Source: Naegleria gruberi
Lineage: Eukaryota
Strand: one strand, 5' to 3'
NCBI GenBank assembly: GCA_000004985.1
Contig: GG738855.1
Length of the DNA: 64,000 bases
Below are positions 34,710 through 44,850 of this stretch, one piece after another; position 1 is the stretch's first letter; each line of letters opens with the position of its first letter. The notes below the pieces were generated by a model. The model had not been told where the DNA came from and did no database searches. It saw nothing but the letters and a program-made list of their open reading frames with translations. The translations under genes and the position numbers were made by a program.

Positions 34710-36554
34710 ATGTCCTCCTACATTCCTCAACAGGAACCAACCATGTCGACAGCACTCATGCTGGCCGATTTGGACGACTTTCTACCAATGAATAGACAAG
34801 ATTGCATAAAACCCTTTCTCATGACCAATTCAAAGTCAGATTCAACAACATCTAGCAAAAACATCACATCGGAGAATGGTACTGCTGCAGTCAGTGTTTC
34901 TCTTGACAATGATGATTCTGTGGGAGGAGTTTCGATAAATAGAAATCCCACAAGAAGAATCGGAAGAAGCAATAATAGAGGAACCATTAATTTGAACAAT
35001 AGTCAACAAGCCGAACCAAAGAAAATTGCAAAAATTGAATTGGCTGATTGTTTGGCTTGTTCTGGTTGTGTTACTACTGCAGAAAGTGTTTTGGTAAATC
35101 AACAAAGTGTGGAACAATTCTTGACAAGCTTAAAGGAAATGAAATTATTTTCCCCATTTATTGAGAAAATTCAAGATAAGGTGAATGTTTCGGATTTGGA
35201 AGATGATCTTGATTCGATCCTATTGTCTGGATCGAAAAGAGTTGTGAAACCACAACCAAATTCTATATTTGTAATTACAATTTCTCAACAAAGTGCAGCC
35301 TCATTATCTTCCTATTATCAGTGCTCATCAGTGAGAGAGTGTCTCTCTCGGTTGTCATACCTGTTTAAGGTTAAGTTTGGAGCTGTTGCAGTTTTTGAGA
35401 CTTCAACCCTTGCAAGATTGGTTTCTCATTTGGAATTGTGTGAAGATTTTCTCAATCGATACAAGGAAGGCAAGGGACCTGTTTTTGCTAGTGCTTGCCC
35501 TGGGTGGATTTGTTATGCAGAAAAAACTCAACCTGAAATTATTCCATCCATTTCAACAGTTAAATCTCCCCAACAAATTATGGGTACTTTTGTCAAAAAG
35601 TTCATAACCAGCAACATGAAACAGTTATCCAATGAGATTTCACTTGAAAATTTGAAGGTTTACCATACTACTGTAATGCCTTGCTTTGATAAGAAATTAG
35701 AGGCTAGCAGACCAGACTTTACCAATGATCCTTTCGATAAAGTTGATATGGTATTGACTAGTAGCGAAATTACAGAACTCCTTCAGAAGGAACTTCAAAT
35801 AGAAACTCCTGAAGATTTCATTAGAAACACAGAAAATTTCATCAAAAACGAAAAGTATCAATTGGATAGCATTTTTGAAATTTTGTCTCAATCCACACAT
35901 CATTCCACCCAAGATATTAGTGAGGATGCCACTTTACTTGAATGGCTTGGATCTGAAAGTGATGCCACAGGATCTGGTGGTTATTGTGAGATTGTATTCA
36001 AATATGCTGCCAAGAAATTATTTGGAATTGACCTCAGAGATAAGACTCTTATATTTGAAAGCAAGAGAAATAGCGACTATAGAGAAACTGTACTAGTTGA
36101 TCCAACTGATTCTTCAAAGATTTTATTGAGATTTGTAATTGCAAATGGATTTAGAAATATTCAAAACTTGGTAAGAAGAATGAAACAAGCAGACAATTCT
36201 GAACCTTTCCATTTTGTTGAAGTTATGGCTTGTCCTATTGGATGCCTGAATGGAGGAGGTCAAGTGAAGGTCAAACAACCAAAGATCACATTGGATATCG
36301 ACTCACCTTCTTCTGTAACCATTACCCCAAAGCAGCATTTGGCCCAAACTGAAAAGCTTTATAGGGATGACATTTCTAACATCAAATCTCTTTGTGAAAA
36401 TAATTCGAATCTTGTCAAGGAAGGTTTGAATAATTTATATTACAATTGGATTAAGGGGTCTGTGGGTTCTGTACAAGCAAAATCAATCCTTCACACTCAA
36501 TATCATGCTGTTGAAAAGTTGAATATTGTTACGCCAACTGCCCTCAAATGGTAA
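34710..36554 (+). CDS. NARFL: cytosolic Fe-S cluster assembly factor NARFL/Nar1/CIAO3 (Fe-hydrogenase-like)
   Basis: It has the diagnostic blocks LADLDDF..DCIKP, ADCLACSGCVT, ACPGWICYAEK, MPCFDKKLEASRPDF, MACPIGCLNGGGQ and HTQYHAVEK. Confidence 0.9.
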   Translation: MSSYIPQQEPTMSTALMLADLDDFLPMNRQDCIKPFLMTNSKSDSTTSSKNITSENGTAAVSVSLDNDDSVGGVSINRNPTRRIGRSNNRGTINLNNSQQAEPKKIAKIELADCLACSGCVTTAESVLVNQQSVEQFLTSLKEMKLFSPFIEKIQDKVNVSDLEDDLDSILLSGSKRVVKPQPNSIFVITISQQSAASLSSYYQCSSVRECLSRLSYLFKVKFGAVAVFETSTLARLVSHLELCEDFLNRYKEGKGPVFASACPGWICYAEKTQPEIIPSISTVKSPQQIMGTFVKKFITSNMKQLSNEISLENLKVYHTTVMPCFDKKLEASRPDFTNDPFDKVDMVLTSSEITELLQKELQIETPEDFIRNTENFIKNEKYQLDSIFEILSQSTHHSTQDISEDATLLEWLGSESDATGSGGYCEIVFKYAAKKLFGIDLRDKTLIFESKRNSDYRETVLVDPTDSSKILLRFVIANGFRNIQNLVRRMKQADNSEPFHFVEVMACPIGCLNGGGQVKVKQPKITLDIDSPSSVTITPKQHLAQTEKLYRDDISNIKSLCENNSNLVKEGLNNLYYNWIKGSVGSVQAKSILHTQYHAVEKLNIVTPTALKW

Positions 36555-36577
36555 AATATACACTGTACCTGTTAACT

Positions 36578-37204
36578 CTAATACAATATGCAACCTCGAC
36601 TAACTTTTCCTTTGTATGTGAATGCCACACAATGTCCAGCATCACTGTGATACTTGAATGATTCTAAATGCCTCACTCTGAAAACAGTTTCATTACAAAC
36701 TTTACACAGGGCAGTTTCCTGATAATTTTCTCCAATTAGAGTAAAATTGATTGGGCACTTGTACACCCATTCACAATTCTCAATAAAATCATCATCAACA
36801 TGTAAGAAGTTGTTTTTTGGAAATTTTCGCAAATGTTTAATTCTTCTCTGAAGAACTGCTAAATAATTCTTTACATTAATTTCTGGATTGAATCTTGGAA
36901 AGTAGTGTATTAATAATCGCTTCCAAATAAATCTCTGAATGAGTGTGTAATCATCTAATTCTTGAGCTTTCTCAGTCGTTAAACCAAGATTAAACCAATT
37001 CTTCAACCCTTGAACAAGACCATTTTCATTCTTTAAATTCCTACAAAATATAAAATCAAACATGGCACTGTCACTCCTCGCCAACTCATTCAATTCCTGC
37101 ACACGTAAATATTGAGCTATTTGAAGCCAAATTTCAGCTGGAATTTTCACCCGATAGTGATCAAATGTAAATTGTCGTTGTTGGGTGATGGGCTCTGTTG
37201 ACAT
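36578..37204 (-). CDS. hypothetical F-box-like protein
   Basis: 208-aa ORF. It has an N-terminal IPAEIWLQIAQYLRVQELNELARS F-box-like helix and a Cys/His-rich C-terminus. Confidence 0.4.
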   Translation of the reverse strand: MSTEPITQQRQFTFDHYRVKIPAEIWLQIAQYLRVQELNELARSDSAMFDFIFCRNLKNENGLVQGLKNWFNLGLTTEKAQELDDYTLIQRFIWKRLLIHYFPRFNPEINVKNYLAVLQRRIKHLRKFPKNNFLHVDDDFIENCEWVYKCPINFTLIGENYQETALCKVCNETVFRVRHLESFKYHSDAGHCVAFTYKGKVSRGCILY

Positions 37205-38166
37205 TTTTTTAAATTGGATTTTAAGAAAAAGTACTTTGAATTTTAAAATGGCAGAAAGCTATCCGTTATGACGTGTTTAGTTCATCAATTATGAAATTGT
37301 TACAAGCCCTACTGAGTTCTTAATTCTTCAAATCTTTAATCAACTTGGCGAACTAAAAATTGTAGTTTGGTTTTCTGTAAATCTGTCGGTATTCAAAAGG
37401 AGTTATTAGGACAGGATAACGTACGATAGGATAACATTCTAATACATAGTTAAACCATCTGTCGGTACCTCTTCAACTTTGACACCAAATACACTCTTTA
37501 ATACACAATTGTTTAATCCAATCTCATTGAGAATTTGAATGACCTGATTGCGAAATAAACTTTGCCATCAAAAGCATTAAAATTGATATTGTAAACTATT
37601 ACCAATGTAAACGAATACCCATCAAGCTTATTGAAATACAAATTAAAGCAACCACCATCCAAGCTTATTTGTAATTGACAAGGAATGAGGTACATAAAAG
37701 AGATGAATACATCACCATCCAACAAATCCTTTTAGCAAATTCGGTAGACGCAACGTACAAAAACACTGGACGCCCTCCTCACATGGTAACCAATAACAAC
37801 TCCTCCCTTCTGTCATGTTGTGACTCAGTTGCGTCCTCAGAACACGCCATCACAACATTAAAAAAATTTGCATCACCTATTGTTGTGGGAAGGTTTAACA
37901 CAAAACAACCAACCCAATCTAGAGTACCAATAATTTGTTGTTGGCAGTTAAATTCCGTTGTTGCGCGTTTCATTTTGTGTTGCCGGCAGTCTTGATTTAA
38001 ACAATCACGTGATAGTAACCAGCACGTTCTTAAACGATCTTGAAAAATTTCCGTCCCTATTGTTGAAATTTGTAGTGCAAATAGCTATACAACAACAATA
38101 TATATTACGCAATTATAGTTTAAAATTTAAATAGTTTGTGTGAATAGAATCCCTACTTATATTAAA

Positions 38167-38961
38167 ATGTCAGAGAGTGGTGAAACAAAGAAAAAGTACA
38201 ACACTGGAGGATCTTCTAAAAAGTATTTACCTTCCTTCTTTTCCGAAGCAGACTGCATTGTTGGTTTGCATAATTATGATCCCTTTGATCAACAACCCTT
38301 GCTCACACCTGATGAAGTTGTCATCTCAACAAAGAATTTGGTTTTTGAAAAGTACAATGGAGAGAATCACTTGTTGAGCTCACTCAAGTATACATTGCGT
38401 GTGTGCACTGTGAATTGTGGCTTACCCAATCTATGGGTAAAAATTGAATTAGTATGTGGCAATACCAATACTCCAATTTTTTGTGTTAAAAAGGAAAGAA
38501 AAGGCAAGAGAGGTATTAAAGGTAGATGTTATCAAGAATTTGACGTTTCAAAGGTAAGCTAAACTGAGGTGCATTCCATGTTTAATTAACTCTTCATTTT
38601 CATGATTTCTTTTATTGGATTTTGTTCAACCTGTCAACTTTCTTTATACCATTACAATTTTTTAATACAATGAATTACAGCACGGATACAACAAAGCCAA
38701 GCTGGAGTTTAGGTTCAGAGAAACAAGCAGTGACAATGTAACAGACAAGTTCAGACTCAATGTAAATATTTATAATGACACAACACTTCTCCTCACCTTC
38801 CAGTCACCACGGTTCAGAACTGTTGTACGTTCTCCACAGAGAGGTAAATTCAAGTTACTGAGAGAGCAATTAAACAGTAACAATATTGTTGTACCATATG
38901 AAAAGGCTGATGATGAAGAAGATAATCCAGTGGAGGAAAAGAAAAGGAAAAGAAGTACTAA
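38167..38961 (+). CDS. hypothetical protein of two exons, approximately join(38167..38553,38680..38961). The 3' exon frame could not be checked against the ORF track.
   Basis: The track ORF starts at a GTG and the first ATG is at 38167. A GTAAGC donor follows ...FDVSK, and a 126-nt intron ends at ATTACAG. The downstream frame stays open for about 94 codons. Confidence 0.35.
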
Positions 38962-39080
38962 AAATTAATGTAAATACATAAGAGCTGCAATTGTTTTTCA
39001 AGTGTTAAACCAGCAACAATCATTTTATTTAGACTTAATTGCCATTGATTTAATATGACAATTATTTTTAATTAATGAAT

Positions 39081-39199
39081 GGTTACGGCCATATCACGAT
39101 GAATGCACCTCATCCCGTCCGATTTGAGAAGTTAAGCATCGTCGAGCCACATCAGTACTGAGGTTGGAGACAACTTGGGAACCTCTGGTGCTGTAGTCT
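39081..39199 (+). rRNA. rrn5: 5S ribosomal RNA gene (119 nt), dispersed single copy
   Basis: The 5' end GGTTACGGCCATA and the 3' end GGTGCTGTAGTCT pair as 5S helix I. An internal ...CCGATTTGAGAAGTTAAGC... matches the loop B and helix III region. A T6 run at the 3' end (CTTTTTT) is a Pol III terminator. Confidence 0.85.
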
Positions 39200-39238
39200 T
39201 TTTTAAACAGAACAATAATGATTTAGAATATAATGAAA

Positions 39239-39685
39239 TTAATTTAAAGTTTTAATAAAGTGATGACAACCTAAAATATATCCATTATTCAAATAAACCT
39301 TATGAGCTGCATTTCTTTGATATCCAGAATCCAAATGAACTTGTTTACATCCATTCTCCTTTGCAAAATTATCCACAAAATGTAACAATTGACTTCCCAA
39401 TCCTTTTCCTCTATGAGATTCCTTACAAACCAAATCATCAATATACACAATTTTACCCCATGCAGTTGTTGTCATAATTCTATATCCAACGAGTGCAACA
39501 ATTTCATCACCGATCGAAATTGCATTCAATCTAAAACCATCTTGTTTTTGTTGATGTTCAATTTGCAAAACGAATTGTTGTTCATCTATCAGGTGTGGAC
39601 GTAATTCTTGATACGTTGCCAGACAAGAAGCAATTTGTGATGGTGTGGAAATGCAGAGAATAGTGTGGGAAGATGGTGATGACAT
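39239..39685 (-). CDS. GNAT-family N-acetyltransferase, bacterial-like and intronless
   Basis: 148-aa ORF carrying the acetyl-CoA binding motif QxxGxG/A (ESHRGKGLGSQLL) and GNAT motif B (VHLDSGYQRNAAHKVYLNNGY). Confidence 0.7.
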   Translation of the reverse strand: MSSPSSHTILCISTPSQIASCLATYQELRPHLIDEQQFVLQIEHQQKQDGFRLNAISIGDEIVALVGYRIMTTTAWGKIVYIDDLVCKESHRGKGLGSQLLHFVDNFAKENGCKQVHLDSGYQRNAAHKVYLNNGYILGCHHFIKTLN

Positions 39686-39854
39686 TTTTTTTTGGAGCGG
39701 GCTTATTCAATCTGCAATTTGGAAAATAAATAGTATGTGAAATACTGTGGTCAACTACTGTTGATTCCGTAAAATTGATTATACTCTTCTATTATTAATT
39801 ATATTTATGTAAATATTATAAAATTGTTTACAATAAATTGTAAACCACAAAAAA

Positions 39855-40169
39855 ATGAGAGAAATTATTTCTATTCACGTAGGCAATGCTGGAATCTCTT
39901 TCCAAGAAGTTTTAACAAGTAACTCTATATTTTGCTTTAAAACAAAATTATTTCGCCCAGTTCAATTTGAAGAAATTTCCAAATTTTCTGATTTGATCGT
40001 TTTAGCTTCGGATGATGGAAATTGTAATCAAAATGATGATTTGCAAAGTAAAAGAGGAAAACAAGAGAAGAGACTGAAGGAAAATGAATTTAGAAATAGG
40101 GGATTTTCTCAAGTTGTTATTGATGTTCACAATAGGAAATTTAAATTTATTTATGAAAATAGAAAATGA
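39855..40169 (+). pseudogene. Tubulin N-terminal fragment. Only the first roughly 14 codons (MREIISIHVGNAG) are tubulin-like, and the remainder of the ORF is unrelated.
   Basis: ATGAGAGAAATTATTTCTATTCACGTAGGCAATGCTGGA is about 80 percent identical to the 5' end of the alpha-tubulin gene at 59206. Similarity is lost after codon 14. Confidence 0.35.
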
Positions 40170-40291
40170 AATTTTATTGGAAATATTTCTAGTCAACTAG
40201 ACAATCAATTTTCACAAGATGAATAAGCACAACAGCAAAATCTTCTTCCATGGTTGTGTGAATATTTTGAAAGAAACTTTCAGTAAATTTA

Positions 40292-43012
40292 CTAGTTTAG
40301 GAAAATTTTTACCTTGGATTCAATCTTTCCTCGACATGTTGGACAATTGACTTGATTGGAAATACAATCCAAACAAAATAAGTGTCCACACGGAACACTC
40401 ACATGATCTACCTTATTATCCATACAAATAATACATTCAAATAGTTCTTGTTGATGTAAATGTTCATGATTATTGACTTTGGGTTCTTGTGATTCTAAAT
40501 CTTCATAATATTTAGCAAGTTTTCCAATCAAATCTTGATTTTCCTTTTCCTTCTCCTCCAAGTCACATAAAAATTGATGAGTTTGAGTTTCCAATTGAGT
40601 ACATTCCCTATTAAGTTTTAAAACTTGTTGTTCGAGATTAGTGTTGGAGAGTCGAAGATTTTGAATGATATTCGATTGTTCTACAGTCTTTTTCTTGAGA
40701 TTTTCCTTTTCCAAATCTAATTGCTTGTTAGATTGGGTCATTTCATTAAGTTTAGTTTCTAATTGTTGAACTTTCTTTTCCACTTGTTGACTTTTCTTTG
40801 AATCAATTTCCTTAACTTTCCTTTCGAATTGTCTATTTTCATTTTCCAATCGTGATTTTTCTTGGTGTAAAATTTCCATTCTCTTTTCATACTTTAAATT
40901 GGATGTGATCAACTCTTTGGATATATTTTCTAAATTGAACTTGGATCGATTGAGTTCAAGTGTCAAATCCTTTACTGAAATCTCCAAATTCTGAACTTGA
41001 AATTCTCTGTCTGAAAGAGTTTTCTTCAAATTATCCATTTCAGAGACTTGGTCGATGAGCTGGTGCATTGTATTTGTTTTTCTTTTCAATGCAAATTGTA
41101 ACAATTCCACTTGTTCTCTTAATTCCACTTCTCTTAATGATTCACTTGATGATTCTTTAATTTCTTTCATTGATTGTTCAGGAATTTTCTGTTGTGGAAT
41201 ATCTTTAACAGGTTCTGGATGTTTTTTGCTATAATTTTCCTCACATTTACCAGAGCAACATGAAAACTTTCCACATTTGGTCTTTTGTGTTGTGTATTTT
41301 TGACATTCCACACATTGCCAATCATACAATTCCAAATTATCCTTCAAATTTCTAAAGTGATATCTCAAATCAAAGCAATAAATCTTGTTGCTTAATTTTT
41401 TCAATCTATCCATTCCTCCATAAACATACAATCTCATTTTTGAAACATGATTACAATATCCAGTTAATGCTTCCATATTCTTTGAAGTAGTCAGAACCTT
41501 TTCCCAATTGAATGTATTCAAGTCGAGTGACCAAATTTCATTACTTGCCACTCCATTCATTCCTGTACCCCCATAAAACACTAAAGCCCTGTCCTTTCCA
41601 TTGATTTTCACTTTAGACCAACCACAGTGAGTCATTGGAGGTGGTTTAGTCTTGGAAATGTTAGAAATTTCAATCCATTCGAGAGAAGAACAATCAAATA
41701 GCCACATATCGTTCAAAGAATCCAATCTTGATCCATCTCCACCATATAAAATCAAATATTTTCCATTGCAAATACTAGTCATGCAAGATTTTGATTTGTC
41801 TGAAGGACAAGGTTTGGAAATGTTCAATTTTTGAAGCTTTTCATTCTTGATATCATATCTGAAAAAGGTTCCAACATTTTTACATAATTCACCTGAATAC
41901 TGTCTACCTCCATAAATGTAAATAAATCCAGGAACACTTGCTGCACATGAAAGAACCAAATTAAACTTGAATTTTAACTTTTTCCATTCGAATGTCTTTA
42001 AACAGAGTCGAAAGGATCCATCATTAACTCCATCATCTCCTCCACCAATTAAATAAGCATACTTTTCCTCAAAATCAGAAATGAAAACATGTCCATTTCT
42101 TCTTCCAGCTTCAGGAATTTCTCCACTAACCACTGGAGTAATAAGTATATTCGAGTAAGTATCCAACATGATTAATTCACCAAAAGTTTCACTCATTTGT
42201 CGAGAAATCAAATCCTTTTCTGTATGAGAAATACCTCCCCAATAGAAAATTGAAGAATCATTGTAAATAAATCCAGAATGTAAAACTCTTTCTGTCATTA
42301 CATAATCTGTTACAATAATTTTCCATTTTGGAGGTTCAGTCAACTCTTCTACTTTTTGTTTGTGAGATTCTTTCAGTTGTGAAATAATTTTCTGATCATC
42401 CACAAAAAACAATTCATTAGGATTGTCAATTCTCAATCCTGGCCATTCATCCGAATAGATTTTGTAATATGGATTCTTAATAATGACATATCTACCAACT
42501 CTAAACTCTTCAGATATATTAACTTTTCCATAATTGTAAATAGCTAATTGAACAATATTAGTATTTAAATCAGTCAACCCATTTTCTACAATAGTCATCA
42601 CTGATGTCATTCTAAACACTGGTTGACAAATTCTAGCAAATAAATATTTCCCTCTATTTGGATGATTTGGTGAATTATTTGGTGAGAGTTTCAATTGTTC
42701 AATCTGAATCAATTCCATTCCCTTTACAATTTCCAAATCTTTCACAACCTGACCTTTCCACACTTGTCCTCTATCCTTCCATGCACAAACATCCCCTTCC
42801 GATGGTCGATATTTAATCAATGCTGTTGAATGATGTTTGAGAATGGCTGCTCGTGTAAATCTTTCCTTGGAAACTTGATTTGTAGTTGGAGGTTGAAAGG
42901 CAGTGGCTTGTTCTGTGTAGTTGTGTAGACCGTGATCACCCATTTCGTTTCGCATTTCTGTCATGAGAGCATGATAAACCTCGGGTGAGAGATTGGAGAG
43001 CAAGTCATCCAT
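40292..43012 (-). CDS. Kelch-repeat, B-box-like, coiled-coil and C-terminal RING finger protein (TRIM/LZTR-like putative E3 ligase)
   Basis: It has six Kelch-like blades (xIYVYGG/ILYGG/LVFYGG...W), a CVECQK...CGKFSCCSGKCEENY zinc module, a long heptad region, and a C3HC4 RING (CIICMDNKVDHVSVPCGHLFCLDCISNQVNCPTCRG). The first ATG (MDDLLSNL) is at 43012. The track start at 43135 is a TTG. Confidence 0.7.
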   Translation of the reverse strand: MDDLLSNLSPEVYHALMTEMRNEMGDHGLHNYTEQATAFQPPTTNQVSKERFTRAAILKHHSTALIKYRPSEGDVCAWKDRGQVWKGQVVKDLEIVKGMELIQIEQLKLSPNNSPNHPNRGKYLFARICQPVFRMTSVMTIVENGLTDLNTNIVQLAIYNYGKVNISEEFRVGRYVIIKNPYYKIYSDEWPGLRIDNPNELFFVDDQKIISQLKESHKQKVEELTEPPKWKIIVTDYVMTERVLHSGFIYNDSSIFYWGGISHTEKDLISRQMSETFGELIMLDTYSNILITPVVSGEIPEAGRRNGHVFISDFEEKYAYLIGGGDDGVNDGSFRLCLKTFEWKKLKFKFNLVLSCAASVPGFIYIYGGRQYSGELCKNVGTFFRYDIKNEKLQKLNISKPCPSDKSKSCMTSICNGKYLILYGGDGSRLDSLNDMWLFDCSSLEWIEISNISKTKPPPMTHCGWSKVKINGKDRALVFYGGTGMNGVASNEIWSLDLNTFNWEKVLTTSKNMEALTGYCNHVSKMRLYVYGGMDRLKKLSNKIYCFDLRYHFRNLKDNLELYDWQCVECQKYTTQKTKCGKFSCCSGKCEENYSKKHPEPVKDIPQQKIPEQSMKEIKESSSESLREVELREQVELLQFALKRKTNTMHQLIDQVSEMDNLKKTLSDREFQVQNLEISVKDLTLELNRSKFNLENISKELITSNLKYEKRMEILHQEKSRLENENRQFERKVKEIDSKKSQQVEKKVQQLETKLNEMTQSNKQLDLEKENLKKKTVEQSNIIQNLRLSNTNLEQQVLKLNRECTQLETQTHQFLCDLEEKEKENQDLIGKLAKYYEDLESQEPKVNNHEHLHQQELFECIICMDNKVDHVSVPCGHLFCLDCISNQVNCPTCRGKIESKVKIFLN

Positions 43013-43537
43013 TTTGTTTTGATATTTTTTTCGAAAAAGAAATGAAAGTAAAGAAATTGGTTTTTTGAAGAATTGGGAATTGTTAAAAATGCCTGAATGG
43101 AATAGTTTATCAAGAATTCCTTGCCATAAACACAATATATGAAAAAAGAATGTTTGAAAGAAGGTAGTACATTGAATACATTGATTTAATGAATTAGTGA
43201 AATAGCAACTACTAGTAAGAGAAAGGATTCTACCATTGAATCAACTCCACCAACCAAACAATTCAATCTTGGAAGAATTCCTTCCCATATTGGATAATGT
43301 TAAACTCAACAAGTGTCCTCCAAGACCTTCATCCAATATTTCTCATGAATATGGTTTGAAATTGGCAAGGGCTTATCTTGAATATGTCCAAGAATTGTAT
43401 GATCATTTCCCAGATAAATTCAAGAATAATGAAAAGAGAATGGAAACTTGGCAGAAATTCAAAAATGCATGTTGAACACATATAATTTTATTTGATGAAA
43501 AACAACATTTTAGGTCGTAACTTTTTTAAGTGAAGTA

Positions 43538-44188
43538 TTGGAGAAGGATGATTTGTCAATCAAGTGCAATAGATGTCGTATTGAAATGGAACATTTACAT
43601 GAGGTTAATGCATTCACTCTTCATCATGTCATGTATAAGGATCACGACTTTACAAAGACATTTAGGAGTACAACAAAATTCATTCCCGAGTTCAAAAAGT
43701 TTGGTGCTGATTGGTTCAAGAAGAATGAAAAGTTGGAAGTATTGTGTAGACCTTGTCATGGTTTGGAACATGCAAGGAATGTTGAAGGTGGTTCTAATTG
43801 GCAATATTGTCATGAAAAGATGATCAACCTGATGGGAGGAAAATGTCAGGAATGTGGTCTGTCTTTTGAATCCAATTCAGAATTGGGAAAGATCTTTCAT
43901 GTGCATCACAAGAATAGGGATGGTGTGAAGAAGAGAGCCCAAGCAACAGAAGATATTGATGATGAAGAGAGGGAAATAGCCAATAATGTTAATGAGTACA
44001 AGTTAATTCTTGCAATGACTGAAGAACAACAATTAGAAAAGTTGAAGGAATTTGAATTGCTCTGTGATGGATGCCATTATTTTGAGCACATGGAAAAGCA
44101 TGCAAGATCGGAAGTTATTGATTTAGGAATGAAGGAGAGAATGATGAACTTGTTGAGTTTTCAGAGAGTATTGTCTATGGAAAAATAA
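43538..44188 (+). CDS. Protein with two HNH-nuclease-like motifs and a zinc ribbon. The start is uncertain, and the first ATG is at 43586.
   Basis: Motif 1 is LHHVMYKDHD...NEKLEVLCRPCHGLEH. Motif 2 is HVHHKNRDG...LLCDGCHYFEH. Both fit the HH-N-LCxxCH-H pattern of HNH (His-Me finger) endonucleases. An N-terminal CNRC is present. Confidence 0.5.
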   Translation: MEKDDLSIKCNRCRIEMEHLHEVNAFTLHHVMYKDHDFTKTFRSTTKFIPEFKKFGADWFKKNEKLEVLCRPCHGLEHARNVEGGSNWQYCHEKMINLMGGKCQECGLSFESNSELGKIFHVHHKNRDGVKKRAQATEDIDDEEREIANNVNEYKLILAMTEEQQLEKLKEFELLCDGCHYFEHMEKHARSEVIDLGMKERMMNLLSFQRVLSMEK

Positions 44189-44584
44189 GCAGCCAGGGTT
44201 TTGCACAACAAAGCACATTGTACAATTGCACACTGATTGGTTTTGCTAAATTAATTGCAGATATTTTTTGAAAATAATAAAATAAATTGGTTAATTAAAA
44301 AATATAATAAGCTTTTCTGTAAAATTTTTCAACCATTAATAGACTTTATAACCAAGCAAACGATTACTTTACAACAGTCAAATGAAAACATGAAAATGTG
44401 AAAATGAAAATTTTTGTTTGTTGAAAATGAATATTATCCATTTTGCAATCGAATTAGTAATTGCGGATCCGTAATTAGACCTCACTTGCCAGGTTTGCCT
44501 GTTGTGTCTTTAAGCAATGGAGTACACTACAATTTCCTTTTTGCTTTAAATTTTAATCTCAAAACGTGGCATCTTAAATATTTC

Positions 44585-44612
44585 GAATTTACAAGAATTT
44601 ACAAGAATTACA
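44585..44612 (+). repeat. Short tandem repeat, (GAATTTACAA) about 2.7 copies
   Basis: gaatttacaa gaatttacaa gaattaca, in an intergenic spacer near the tRNA-Thr gene. Confidence 0.5.
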
Positions 44613-44850
44613 CGTTTGGTACTGAATGACAACTTGAAAATTTTTAAAAAATCGGAATTAATTTCCGAAAAGAAAAATTCAAGCCAAAAACCTATCGACA
44701 CTTTAGAACAGCTCGTTCTCGATAACTACTTGGAGATGGAAGGTAATATTTCAGATATAGGTAGCACAGCATGTGAATGTGAAGATATAGAAAGTTGAAA
44801 GATCGAAAAAGTAAAAGGATGGTGAAAATAGCAAAAGATTAAAATTCAAA

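Noticed and set aside
37675-37995. Track ORFs 37675..37995(+) and 37779..37973(-)
   Set aside because: The two ORFs overlap each other on opposite strands. They have no ATG in good context, no homology, and an unusual composition relative to the coding regions. They are more likely non-coding and possibly an ncRNA region.
43530-43823. Track ORF 43530..43823(+), an alternative frame overlapping the HNH ORF
   Set aside because: The HNH frame is longer and contains recognisable motifs, whereas this frame has none.
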